A stretch of 64,000 nucleotides of DNA from Octopus sinensis (GCF_006345805.1 NC_043011.1:29152464-29216463), one strand, 5' to 3'; positions 24,660 through 37,933 are shown, counted from the first letter of the stretch. Notes: generated by a model not told the origin, from the letters alone. Program-made: numbers and translations.

Positions 24660-24822
24660 ATACTTACCTGGCACAGGAGTAAACCATGATCATCGAGGTG
24701 GTTCTCCCAAAGTGAGACCCTTCCATTGCACTCCGGTTGGGTTGACCATTGCGATCGCCCCAAATGTGGGCGACTCGGGTGCGCTATTTCTAAGTGTGGG
24801 GTCTGCGTTCGCGCTCGCCCCG
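24660..24822 (+). ncRNA. U1: U1 snRNA gene, copy 5
   Basis: atacttacctggcacaggag...gcgttcgcgctcgccccg, 163 nt. Confidence 0.97.
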
Positions 24823-24843
24823 TCATATCAATCAAAAATAGAC
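24823..24843 (+). terminator. snRNA 3'-box-like element
   Basis: tcatatcaatcaaaaatagac; the ...ATC(A/G)AAAA(A)TAGAC motif is kept in both unrelated flank types and resembles the GTTTN0-3AAARNNAGA 3' box. Confidence 0.6.
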
Positions 24844-25782
24844 GTAAATGAGGAAATTTTCTCACGTTTCAGTCCCTCTCACCCGTAATTCAAAGAGTTG
24901 TCTAGTATAAACTTCTTTGTTCTCACATAAATACTCCTACTACACTCACATGTTCGTTATCGCTTTTGGTTGTCGTACTGATAAGTGCTAATCCCACTAC
25001 GTGCCACATCAGTAGCGAAGTTTGTTTTTTATCCATCTGCACTACCAACCATGACTGCTACAGAATTTCGACGTTCACAGATCGCACCCCGCCCCATGAT
25101 CTCGAGAACCACTCAATGTACAAAACTTGACTAAATATTGTTTTGCACCGAGATTGATTTCGTGTTTTCACGTCTTCCCAAACGGTCTCGTTAGTAATGT
25201 TTCGGTATAAGTCTCATTTCTCAGAATGTTGCCAGCTGATTTCTCGACACTTTACAGAAACGAAATATTTATTCACATTTGCTTCCCAAACCGAGTTCAG
25301 TCCCACTATGTGCACCTAGGGCTTCTAACATAGCCCCGGGCAATCAAACATTACCAAGGTTGAGAACATTTAGTGGACGGAAATTGTGTTTATCTACAAA
25401 CACCGCCTGACAACCGGTGGTGGTTTGTTTACATAACCGTTAATTAGCGGTTTCGGGAGAAGAGACCAATAAAATAAGTACTAGACTTAAAAACAGTAGG
25501 TACTGGCGTTAATTTGTTCGACTAAAATCTTTAATTCAGTGCCCCAGCATAGCCGCAGACCAATGACTAAAACAGGAAAGGATAAAGAGAATTTGGTTAA
25601 CCGAGAATTTTGTTTTCAGCAATGATTTCCATGTACTGGTGATTTTCGAATACTAACACACATTCGGCCGCTGCGCGGTACCTTGGGCGAGTGTCTTCTA
25701 GTATAGCCCCAGGCTGACTAAAGCCTTATGACTGGATTTGGTAGAGGGAAGCTTAAAGAAGCGCGTCAAACTCATATATTTG

Positions 25783-25952
25783 AGCATCAGAATTCCTCTT
25801 CAAAGAGGGACAAAAATTCAAGATCAAATCTAATTTTACTTGTGCCTCTGAAAACATAATTTATGTCATAAGATGCTACTGGGCTGCCACCAAAACTACG
25901 TGGGGTCCACGGGACTATCACTCAGACGTAGATGCACACTGCATTGACAACA
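25783..25952 (+). mobile_element. Penelope-like GIY-YIG fragment at rearrangement junction
   Basis: EFLFKEGQKFKIKSNFTCASENIIYVIRC / frameshift / LGCHQNYVGSTGLSLRRRCTLH*QQ. Confidence 0.85.
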
Positions 25953-26159
25953 GATGTGACACGTTGGTGGGATTAGCACTTATCAGAACGACAACCAAAA
26001 GCGATAACGAACATGTGATTTTAGTAGGAGTATTTAAGTGAGAACAAAGAAGTTTATACTAGACAACTCTTTGAATTACGGGTGAGAGCGACTGAAACAA
26101 AACATTTAACTGGAACATGAGAAAACTTCCTCATGTACGTCTATTTTTGATTGATATGA

Positions 26160-26322
26160 CGGGGCGAGCGCGAACGCAGACCCCACACTTAGAAATAGCG
26201 CACCCGAGTCGCCCACATTTGGGGCGATCGCAATGGTCAACCTAACCGGAGTGCAATGGAAGGGTCTCACTTTGGGAGAACCACCTCGATGATCATGGTT
26301 TACTCCTGTGCCAGGTAAGTAT
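26160..26322 (-). ncRNA. U1: U1 snRNA gene, copy 6
   Basis: 163 nt; shares three diagnostic substitutions with copy 5 plus one private change. Confidence 0.97.
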
Positions 26323-27635
26323 ATTTTTTTCGGCGTTCACAAATCTCATATAAACGATATTTGCATTGTAACTTCACTGATATTGCCTCTAATATTACTT
26401 TAAAATATTAACTTTTCAACAAATTTTCTTATATACGTTATAAACCACCTACTACCACTTATTATTTCTAATTAAGTGATGCGTTAATTTAATGCCGAAA
26501 TCTGTTAATATATTTTTGAAATTATAATCTTATTTACATTAACGGTACAGGCAAGTGAATAAGGGAGATAATTCCAGTTTTATTTGTAAGTTTACCGATA
26601 AAAATATTTACTGTAATACATTTACTACACAAAACGAGGCAACGAATGAGTCATTACAAGGTCGCTAGACAAGCTAGATATAACAACCAAATCTTCCTCA
26701 CAATATACACAATGATTTTTTTTTCTTTTTAGAAAAATAAAGACATTTGGTAATATAATTTTAGACACAGAGATAAAAAGGTTTTGTCAAGTATGGAATA
26801 TTTTTCATCATAGTTCTGATTGACTTGATTAGGTCAATAACTATCAGAAAATTGATGAAAGCATAGAGAAAAAGAGAAATGATAAGGGTAGAGATGGTAA
26901 CAGAAGGGTGGGTGGGGTAGAAAGCGGAGTTAGGGATTTTGATATGCCATGTTATAATTCATAATTTAAACCACTGGGTCTTAACTGGGGTTCAAAAAGT
27001 TTTGTTGTTAAAATTTATGAGCAAGAAACTGGTTATATTTCTATAATACACAACATAGATATTTTTTTATACAATTCCTAATAATATTTAAACATAAAAA
27101 TATAGTAGGAGTTTTTATACGTCGAATGACTATGACAGTCCTGCTTCCTGAGTAAAATAGGAATCAACAGGGACCATAAGCAAAAAATTGGTTGAGAATC
27201 ACCGATTTAAACTGAATCAGTGAAGCTAATAGACAGAGCAGCATGGTGTAGTGGACGTGTACTGAGCCCATAACTTATAGGTTACTAGCTTAAAAGCCAC
27301 ACTCCGGTTGGGCATTTAAACTAACCACCGTAGAGGGCTAATTGGGCCTGCGGCTAAAAACTAAAGAGAGATAAATAACATGATTATAATACATCTATAG
27401 GCGAGCTGCCAGAATCGTTAGCACACCGTACGAAATGCTTAGCGGCATTTCGTCTGCCATTGCATTCTGATTTCAAATTCCGCCAAGGTCGACTTTGCTT
27501 TTCATCCTTTCGGAGTAAAAGAACTCGGAAAGCCCTGTAAAAGAACTCGGAAAGTTGGGCCTCCAGCCAGACCTTTTGCAGCACCCTTAAAGACATGAAC
27601 TGTTCAGCACACCCTCGTGCGTGTGTATGTACACA

Positions 27636-27685
<50 letters not shown>

Positions 27686-27837
27686 ACACACACACACAAA
27701 CAGTTATAACACCAGTATGCTAGTTATAGGCGCCAAATTGCGCTAAAACCACATCTTGCACTCCGTCTGCACAAGTTGAAAGCGAGAAAATGAATAAAGA
27801 AGATTTTTGTTTAAAAAAAGGGTTAATCATAAATCGA

Positions 27838-28364
27838 TTTCTAGCTTAGACATATAAAATCTTTTTGCTGTCTTCTGTATAATATGCCCCACAGTACATA
27901 AATGCAAATATTTATACATACCCATACGAATAATACATGTCCACACGTATATATACATATATTCACAGGTATATACAACTGGAGTCAAATTTGCTTCATT
28001 TCCCTCAACCATTTAATTGCAGTCATGCTGGAGCACCGCCATAAAGGATTTTAGTCGAAGAAATCGACCCAGGATACCTAGATGATTTTTATTACATGCA
28101 GGACACTTGATAAAATCTTTATAATGATTTTATCCTTAATTATGTACTCTCATCAATTTATATTCACTGCTGTATTGTTTTGGTCGTAAATGCACGTGGT
28201 TGAGATGAATAAATTAGATTTGACTCGTAAATACGTGTGAAGATATGTAAATATACGTGTGGACAGGTATTATTCGTATAGGTATGTATAAATATTTGCA
28301 TTTATGTACTGTGGGGCATATTATACTGAAGACGCAGAGGGATTTTATATCTCTAAGCTAGAAA
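27838..28364. mobile_element. MITE-like element with ~155-bp imperfect inverted arms
   Basis: 27838-27992 is the reverse complement of ~28216-28364. Confidence 0.6.
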
Positions 28365-28407
28365 ACATACATAAACATATATAAATGATGAATGAATAAA
28401 TAAATAA

Positions 28408-28541
<134 letters not shown>

Positions 28542-28763
28542 TATATAATATATGTATATATATATATATGTATATATATAATCAAAAAAGCAACAAGAAA
28601 AGAATGACTCCGGTAATTTGGTACAATTGTTTCGCACTACAACATTTTATTAAAAGTTGTAAGTATTACAGCAGATTTAAGATGCCGAGTGCTCTTCAGC
28701 CAATAAGGTTTTCCAATAATACAAAAGCTTTCAAATCAAGTAGTAACATTTTAGAGAAGGTAG

Positions 28764-28826
<63 letters not shown>

Positions 28827-29556
28827 GATTCACAATCAAAGGTGCAGAAATGACGTATGTGTAAAAAGGTGACGTAATCCAGTGGTAGAGAGAAATCCAT
28901 GAATCAGATACTTCAAAACAGTCGGTGCCATATATGGCCCTAGTACGGTGGACGTCAACCCAATAGACCCTTTTCCACCCAACAATATAAGGCCCCACAC
29001 ATACAGTTAACCCTACATACACTCCATACCTATATAAGTACTCCAAAGGAATTTAACCAAAGAAGTTAGTTAAAACATAAACAAAGAAACCGAACACACA
29101 AATGCTTATGTGGCCCTTCGGACTTCACCCAACAACTCCCACATCACACCACAAAACAGGAAACGCTACACTTATAGTACCATTGCACACATTCCAATTC
29201 TACAAGAACACCAACCCTAAAACATACACATATTTCCCATACACACTTTTCCAGAAAACTCTGTGTTACCTTGCAGCACCCCCAGAGATGGTGCTTTGGT
29301 GCCAAGGGACACGACTTAATCCTTGCTCGGTTCGTTTCATCCTCTATACAGCCACCACAAACTGGATGTATCTTTTCACCCCCAACAATAGAGAGCAATC
29401 GCTATATTTGATTCTGTAGCTGTCCTCTCTGAAGAGCGCAGTGTTACATAATTAGGCTGTTACCTAACACTCCGTTGAACCCCTAGTATGAAACCAATTA
29501 GTAAAGTCGGCCGTAATGGATATATGATACTCTACACTTCGATTGATATATCATGT

Positions 29557-29596
<40 letters not shown>

Positions 29597-29958
29597 ATTG
29601 AAGAAATGGAGTTGGACGAAGATTGAACAGAAATCGTTTTATTTCATTCTACACGTGTTTCGAAAGGCACAATTTACCAAATTCCGATTGAATAATGAGA
29701 CCATATTGTGTCTTTCTCTTCAGGAAGAAATAGGAAATCCGTTGGAAAAAACAAAAACAGAACAGAGGCGGAGCAAAACAAATCGAACTAGGCTCCTAAG
29801 AGCCCATAAAATTCAATTATCCGCACCAACGCACGGTTGCAACACCATATGGTTGTACCTCCAACCGTGCTGTCTTCTGCTGTGATTTTTGCTACCAAGG
29901 TATCGGTTAAACTTTTGATTAGTCTGCAACAAGATTATTCATCTTTCTATTTCACATA

Positions 29959-29991
<33 letters not shown>

Positions 29992-32449
29992 AAGGGAAAG
30001 TTTACGAAAATAAACAAAAGACGGAGGCAGGTGGAGTACAAACAAACAAATGTATTAGTATAGCGCTCAGGAATAGAAATAGAAAAAGTCTTCGACAGAA
30101 AGATATACAGAAAAAAACAAGGAGATGACTGTGTTTGTCCCTCCATCTGCTTTACAACTAGTATTGGCTGCTTTACATCCTCGTTATCAAAGCAGTTCAG
30201 TAAAAAGACTAATAGAATAAGTACCAGGCTTAAAACTATAAGTATTGAGGTTGATTTTTTCCTACTAAACCCTTCAAAGCAGTGCTCCAGCATGGCTGCA
30301 GTGAAATGACTGAAACAAGTTAAAAAAGAATAAAAGATAAAATGTTTCCGAGTACTTAAATTCTCCTCCCAGTCTCGTTCTAATCTTATCACAACGCACG
30401 ATGTATTTTGGATAGTTACCCACTTTTATTTGATTATCATACGTGTCTTTTCCTTACCATTAATTTCTTTTGGCTTTGTCTCTTTTTTTCATAGTTTGGC
30501 GCATTCACCCCAATACATTAATATGTATAAAAAAAGAACTGCTTTGCACACACGTCTGTACACATGCAAAAGCAGCTGGTTATTTCGCTTTCTCCACTGT
30601 GGATAGCATTTTTCGTCTCGATGTCTTGCAAACAACACATTTTTCGTCTCGTAGTCTAGTTCCTGTCGAACGCGTGGATAACACGTGCATAAATCTCACA
30701 TGATAACAGTGTTCAACTTTCTGCGTTTCACTTCTCTTTGAGTTTAATGCCATATTGATTGATAACCTGCAGATCCACGAGAAGCCAGCATTCGTTTTGC
30801 AGCTTCACGTGAAGCAAATCGTTTCCTGGATTCTTTGTCTACACTTTTCTATAAGCTCCTTTCTATTGTACTCGGTATCAGCGCATAGAAATTTATTGTT
30901 TTCCTGTAAATCTTAGGTGAAATTTAGTTCAACAGAGATAAGATCTTCCATTTTCCATTGTTCTTCTCCGACCTATGGCTAACTTTTGACAAGTATAAAT
31001 TCAAACACAAAATAGAATTCTTCCTCTTTCATAACCCACCTTTGCCGAAAGCGCATTCCCTCTTTTACCCGGCACCACTGGGGAAGGAGCATGCTCTCTC
31101 CGAATAGTCTAAGACCGTTTTCGCTTTTAAATGTATCACGTCTTTCTCCTAGCATGCTTAGCTCTCTTTTCTACCCGACAGTTACCCGGGGGTACATACT
31201 GCTGTTGCTATTACTATTATTCTCTTAATACTATAAAATATCCAACTAACAGCTACAGATTCTGTACTCTGACTCTAACAAGACAAATTGTATTGGAAAA
31301 ATAAAATTTCTAAGAAATAACTTTTTCCTTCTGCTCATTTATTTGATGCATACCACACTGTCCCATCGCGGATCGTGTACTTAGCTGACTAGATCTCAAG
31401 GTCAGTGAGGCAAACAAGCTATCACACGGCAACATGGACCGGACTTTGTGGCGGCCTTTCGCCTACACGCCACTCATAATGCGCTCGCATTATCTTACAT
31501 TTTTATTGATTTTAGCCTCTCGTTTTTTGTTTTGCTTAAATGCTTTTGTTTTCTCTTGTTATACTCAAATATTACTGCACTTTCGACTTTGGCTAAAACA
31601 ACGTTGCAAACTTATTATATATTCATACATACATTCAATGCCGCGCATTTACATTAATACAATGGCCTTCAACGATTGTTTCCAGCTCTGTGTCAATCAT
31701 AAGCTCTGATTCCCGACATCGTTTCTGTTGCATGAAGCATTTAGCGGCAGTTCATACATCACTGCTTCATTATCCATTTATGGGACAAAAACCTCGTCCT
31801 GTATCAGTAAGAAAGCTCACAGCCCCTCCTATCGAATTCTCGCTACCGTTTAACTTGATCAGATTTGTTAACACTGACTGCCATCTTCTCATATCACTTT
31901 AATAAACCATACAGATTATGCTTCCTCCACGGCTTCATTCAGCCGTTAATTATTTTCCATCTAGTCAACCTCAGATGGTTACGGATAATATAAAGAAAGT
32001 TTTACATAGCTCAACGCCCACAGCAGTCATCAACGACAGCATCACCGGTCATGTTTAGCTTCTTCACCCACTCCAATACACATAGAAAGCTATACACAAA
32101 CATTGTAAGAATTATTCCTGTTATACAACGGAATGGGAAAAGTAGCCTTTCCTCTCAGCTCCTTTCATTGCCTAGCTCAACTGATAAGGCTTTATACTGC
32201 ACAAATTTTCAAACTCACTTGAATATTTGTTTACCTGTATACATAATGCAGCTGTTACAGTCTCATTGCACTTTCACATTTCCAGCAGTACTTGGAACTT
32301 GGAACTTAAGAAACATACTTGGCCTTGTGTCACATCTACATTTCTGTGTGCACCGTAAAAAATATACTAATGTCCTTGTTTAGTTCATTGTTTAACAGCA
32401 AACTTGTCTATCAGGCGAATAGTGTAATGGGATCTCTTTACTTGTTCGA

Positions 32450-32850
32450 TCTCTTTACTTGTTTCAGTCATTTGACTGCAGCCATGCTGGGGCACCGCCT
32501 TTAGTCGAGCAAATCGACCCCGGGACTTATTCTTTGTAAGCCCAGTACTTATTCTATCGGTCTCTTTTGCCGAACCACTAAGTGACGGGAACGTAAACAC
32601 ACCAGCATCGGTTGTCAAGCATGCTAGGGGGACAAACACAGACACACAAACATATACACACACACTTATATATATATATAACATATATACGACAGGCTTC
32701 TTTCAGTTTCCGTCTAACAAATCCACTCACAAGGCATTGGTCGGCCCGGGGCTATAGCAGAAGACACTTGCCCAAGATGTCACGCAGTGGGACTGAACCC
32801 GGAACCATGTGGTTGGTTAGCAAGCTACTTACCACACAGCCACTCCTGCG
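32450..32850 (-). mobile_element. SINE family A
   Basis: Full-length homology. Confidence 0.85.
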
Positions 32851-33284
32851 CCTTTCAGTTCACTTACAGAGAATTTGGACTCGTTTTCCTTCAATTTTAT
32901 CTGCTAAGTTATCAACTTTTCATATCTGTAGTAGAGACAGAAAAAAACTTGCCTTCAGCATTTACCAGTCCAACCTCTGTTCCATTTAACTACCGGGTTA
33001 GCTTCATAAAAGAAGCAGAGGATGCGGGTTCATTCGAGTAGTCCTCTTGTACTTTCCGACAGTAACAACTCAGAGTCGGAAATGTCGCATTTGCTGTCAG
33101 AGCCAAAAATCAGCCAAGGGCCAACTGTCTCATACATCAGAGCGGTCTATTACATGTAAAGTACTACGCAATCAGCAAAAGCTACAACCGACTCCTACCA
33201 ACTGATCAGCGAACAAACCTGTCACGACACATGTATTCATCCAAATACTGAAATATAAATATTTTCACAACTATATAAATTGCC

Positions 33285-33330
<46 letters not shown>

Positions 33331-33559
33331 ACAGACACACACACACACACACACACTCACTCGAATCAGTAGATTATTAATTTGTGCAAACGTTTATGAA
33401 TAAACACATTTTATGCAATAATGTATAACTTGTTTACCAATCCTTCAACACGTCCACCTTCATTTAGACAATGTTTACATAAGTATGCATGTGTCTATAG
33501 CTCTCTCTATATGCACATGTGGCATATATATATAAATTTATATATGTGTATATATATAT

Positions 33560-33622
<63 letters not shown>

Positions 33623-34708
33623 CTGTGTGTGTGTGTGGTGTGTGTATATGTATATATATATATATACATGCATACATATATATGTGTGTGGGCGTGAGTG
33701 TGTGTGTGAGTGTGTGTAAGTATGTATGTTTGAATATGTTGTGCATACACACACACACACATATACATACATATTATATGCATGTAGTAATATATACATG
33801 AACGAATGGATGTATGAACATGCATGTATTTACATACATACATGCACACATACAGACAGACAGATACACATTCACACAGATACACGCACACATACAGATA
33901 CACACACATACACACACACAGATACATAGACACACATATACAGATATTGCTTTACTCCAACACAGTTGTCTGTAATTTTAATAACACTTTTATGGTTGTC
34001 GTATATTTGCTTTTTAGGGATGGTATTTTTTTTTAATTTTTTTTTTTACGCAAGATGATGGAGAATTGACAAAACTATAAATGTGTATCGGTGGTAACAA
34101 AATTCGCGAGTACTTCAGGGGGAAAAAAAGATCCCGGCTGATTTCGTTGAACACAAAGGAAGACTGTTGAAAGTGTATGAGAAATATAAATGTATGAAAA
34201 CAATCATTTAAACAAGAAAAATGCTATAACATAAATAAAAGACCTTGTATTTAATAAAAAACAATTTATGACAAGTTGAAACTGAATGTAATAAAATAAT
34301 ATTAATGGCCGCCGACATGTTGCTATCGGCTGTTGGTTCACTGGTCGTATTTCAAACGGTAAATTGACAGAGATTTGCTGCAAGGCTGTTATAAATGTAA
34401 ATAATAGAATTGTGTGTTCCGTCGAGGATACATCAATTATATAGCTGCGAATTAATATTGAATTGAAAACACAAAACAACAATAGGAAAATGGAGTATTT
34501 CTTCGTTCGTACTTTTACTTACGGGACAATATTTCAAACTGTTGACTTGTTATTGTTGAAAATTCAGTGTCGACTCTTACATGCAACATAAAATTACTTC
34601 CTATTATTTTCTTAAAAACCTAAAACAAATGGGCGAGTCGATTGAAAAGACATGTAATTGATTTTCGTTTGAATATCATATGCGGCTTATACAATACATT
34701 GCAAACAA

Positions 34709-34923
34709 TACAAGGGGGTGCTGAAAAGTTCATGGCTTTAAGGGTATCACGAAAGACCCGATTGGAAGCCCAACCTTCTGAGTTCTTTTACAGGGCTTCG
34801 AAAAACTGAAAGACCACCGTGTGTGAATCTGAGAGTGGAACATGTTGAATAAAATCATAATTAACTGATCCTCCTGTATTTTTCTTTTACCCAACGCCAG
34901 GGACTTTTCTGCAACCACTCGTA
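34709..34923. mobile_element. Mariner-type MITE
   Basis: TIR ta-caagggggtgctgaaaagt ... acttttctgcaaccactcg-ta; homologs at ~57530-57726, 58186-58401 and a fragment at ~27515-27620. Confidence 0.75.
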
Positions 34924-35126
34924 TATTGTATATGCTGGTCAAAGTAATCTTCCAAATATACTTTATTGGTCCTAAGATCGATCACATATAACCCAAGAAC
35001 GCGACTAAATTTTTGTGTTCACTATGATTCCTGTTCCTAAAATAGGTAGAATGCACAAGTGTTGCGAACTTAGGATAGGAGGAGACTCGATGGTAAAATG
35101 ATATTTAATGGATATATATACATACA

Positions 35127-35173
<47 letters not shown>

Positions 35174-35875
35174 AAAAAATCAGTGATTGGCGGAGTCTGT
35201 AACAATGTATATCTTCTTGTAAATTCAGTAACTTCTAAACTGGAGTGAGACAGCATGTTCTTTGTCTATCTCCTTAACTTCTTGGAGATTTTTAGGTATA
35301 ATTATACTAATGTGTCTATCTGTTCTAATTTAATTAAATTCTATGTCTATGTGCAGTTGAAGATTACTCTGAATTTTAAATTGATGTAATGATTGCATTG
35401 TTCAATTAAATGGAGTTGCATTAAACGATCGTACTGCATTACCTCTGGATATCCTTATTGCTTATTTTGATTTTAATCACCTTGCTTTGAAATTGTGTGG
35501 ATAATACCGTACTAAGTTCTGGCGCCTCAACTTAAGTACCATACGCACCTGAATCCAAATGTTTGCTATATATATATATATATATATATATTAAAATTGC
35601 TGTTCCGGTTATTGGTGGGATCAAAGAAAAAAGTACTCCATCCAGTAAGGTAAGTATCATTTAATACACACAGTACTTTTGGGTTTCTTTATTTTGGAGC
35701 ACTGAGTAACTTCAGCTTCATAAATCACTGACCTGATCATGCATGGTTGAGTGGGCAAGTTTCTAGGTTTCAGCAGTTGCAATTTGGTGTGGGATATATA
35801 TATATATATATATACAAACACAAACACTACTGCTAATTCACATGCTCTCTTTCTCTCAACACATATCTATATGTA

Positions 35876-36290
35876 CACAGGGTCTTGCAGATAAATTGAG
35901 TCAGTTTTTATGATGCATGAAACTGGTTATAAACACTAAAATAATGGTTGTAGACAGATATAATTTTTATGTAACATTTATTACAACAAAAATAGTCATC
36001 ACTCAATATGGCCACCCTTTTGGGCAGTTACTGCCTCCACACGAGAATGAAACCGCAATGCCACAATCTCTGTCTTTTTGATTTTGCGTGTCACATGCCC
36101 GATGCAGTTCTTCTAGCTGTTAACACTCGAGTGTGGTGAAGCATCGGTCCTTGCTTGAAGTATGCCCCATAAAAAGTAATCGAGAAGGTTGAGATCTGGG
36201 CTATTACTGGGCCAGATGTTGACCTTCACAAAAAATGGTACCTTCTCACTAAGGAAGGCTTGTGTTGCTTTTGACTATGCACAGAGTTAA
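35876..36290 (-). mobile_element. Tc1/mariner transposase C-terminal remnant
   Basis: Minus strand reads ..SNSPDLNLLDYFLWGILQAR...RVEAVTAQKGGHIE*. Confidence 0.75.
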
Positions 36291-36349
36291 CTTTACTGTT
36301 TGTGTGTTGGGGGTGCGGGGTGTATGCATTTACTCTGTATGTATATTCT

Positions 36350-36759
36350 TTCTTTTCTTTATTCTTTTACTTGTTTCAGTCATTTGACTGAGGCTATGCT
36401 GGAGCACCGCCTTTAGTCGAGCAAACTGACCCCGGGACTTATTCTTTGTAAGCCCAGTACTTATTCTATCAGTCTCTTTTGCCGAACCGCTAAATGACGG
36501 GGATGTAAACACACCAGCATCGGTTGTCAAGCAATGCTAGGGGGACAAACACAGGCATACAAACACACACACACACATATATATATATACATATATACGA
36601 CGGCTTCCTTTTTTCAGTGTCCTTCTACAAATCCACTCACAAGGCATTGGTCGGCCTGGGGCTATAGCAGAAGACACTTGCCCAAGATGCCATGCAGTGG
36701 GACTGAACCCGGAACCATGTGGCTGGTTAGCAAGCTACTTACCACACAGCCACTCCTGT
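36350..36759 (-). mobile_element. SINE family A
   Basis: Full-length homology. Confidence 0.85.
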
Positions 36760-37864
36760 GCCTATATATGTATGTATGCATATGTACATTGTGTTCATTT
36801 GACAAAGTAGAGAAAAATCATGAAGTATGTGTTTGTTATGTTGCACAATCAGATGCCTCTACTACTCAATTCTCTCTACTCTAGTCTGACCGCTACTCTC
36901 TCTCACTGCTACTCTGCTACTACTCCATTCCCCGACGTCTAGACTTCTCTCTCTATATCTATGTATTGGGCTAGTCTACTTCATCGTCTGGGGGGGTGGA
37001 GGGGCGTCCACACAACAGTATTGTAGAGTATATTTACTTTTGCTGTCACCTGAAGGAATCAAATGAGCAACTCTGAGTAGCAACAGAGGGAATCACCAGA
37101 TTCACACACACACACACACACACACACATATGTGTGTGTGCTTGACATGTCTTCTCAAGCACAGCAAACCACCAGGTCCCCTGTCATCTCCTCTGTGAGG
37201 CCCAACTGAAACAAATAAAAGATAAAAAATACACACACACACACACACACGCACACACACACACATACACACACATACACACATGCTTACAGACACACAA
37301 GCTCACACAAGCACATGCACACATTTATATGAAAGGCATCCACACAGTTTCCATAAACCAAATTCATTCATAGGGCTGTGGTAGAAGGTATCTACCCAAG
37401 GTGCTGCATAGTGAGACTGAACCTACAACCACATAGTTGCAAAGCAAGATTGTTAACTACATGGCCATGTCTGTGTCAGTATAATGAATAATAAACAATA
37501 TGATATTTACAGTTTGTTGATGTGTTTATATATATTCTGAACTTTTCGATCAAATCTGTAAATCTGTTGGATATATATATTTCTTGTGTTGATGTCGAAA
37601 TTAAAGATTTCTTCAAATATACAATCATAGATTCCAAAATATTCCTACTGATATTATCACTAGAAAAAGAAATATTACAAATATAATACAATTATGGTCT
37701 TGTGGTAGGAGAGCAAATTTGACCACATCTTCTAAAGTAGTGTTATATTTTATGCATATATATCTGATGGAAAGTAGTCTTCTATGAATATACATATACA
37801 TATATGTATATGCAGACAGACAGACAGACAGGCAGACAGACAGACAGATAGACAGATAGATAGT

Positions 37865-37933
<69 letters not shown>

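Larger units (their letters stand above)
21550..25782 (-). repeat. Inverted segmental duplication of 6075-10229
   Basis: Reverse-complement colinearity including SINE A, Mariner, SINE B, U1 and flanks. Confidence 0.92.

Noticed and set aside
29429-29480. CTGAAGA followed by a long stem (agtgtta/taacact) and GAAC
   Set aside because: Lacks GAAA and A15.1, and there is no convincing stem I or III; not a supportable hammerhead
31000-34420. CpG-enriched patches (31.0-31.5 kb, 34.1-34.4 kb) that could be promoters
   Set aside because: No transcript, ORF or definable motif evidence from sequence alone
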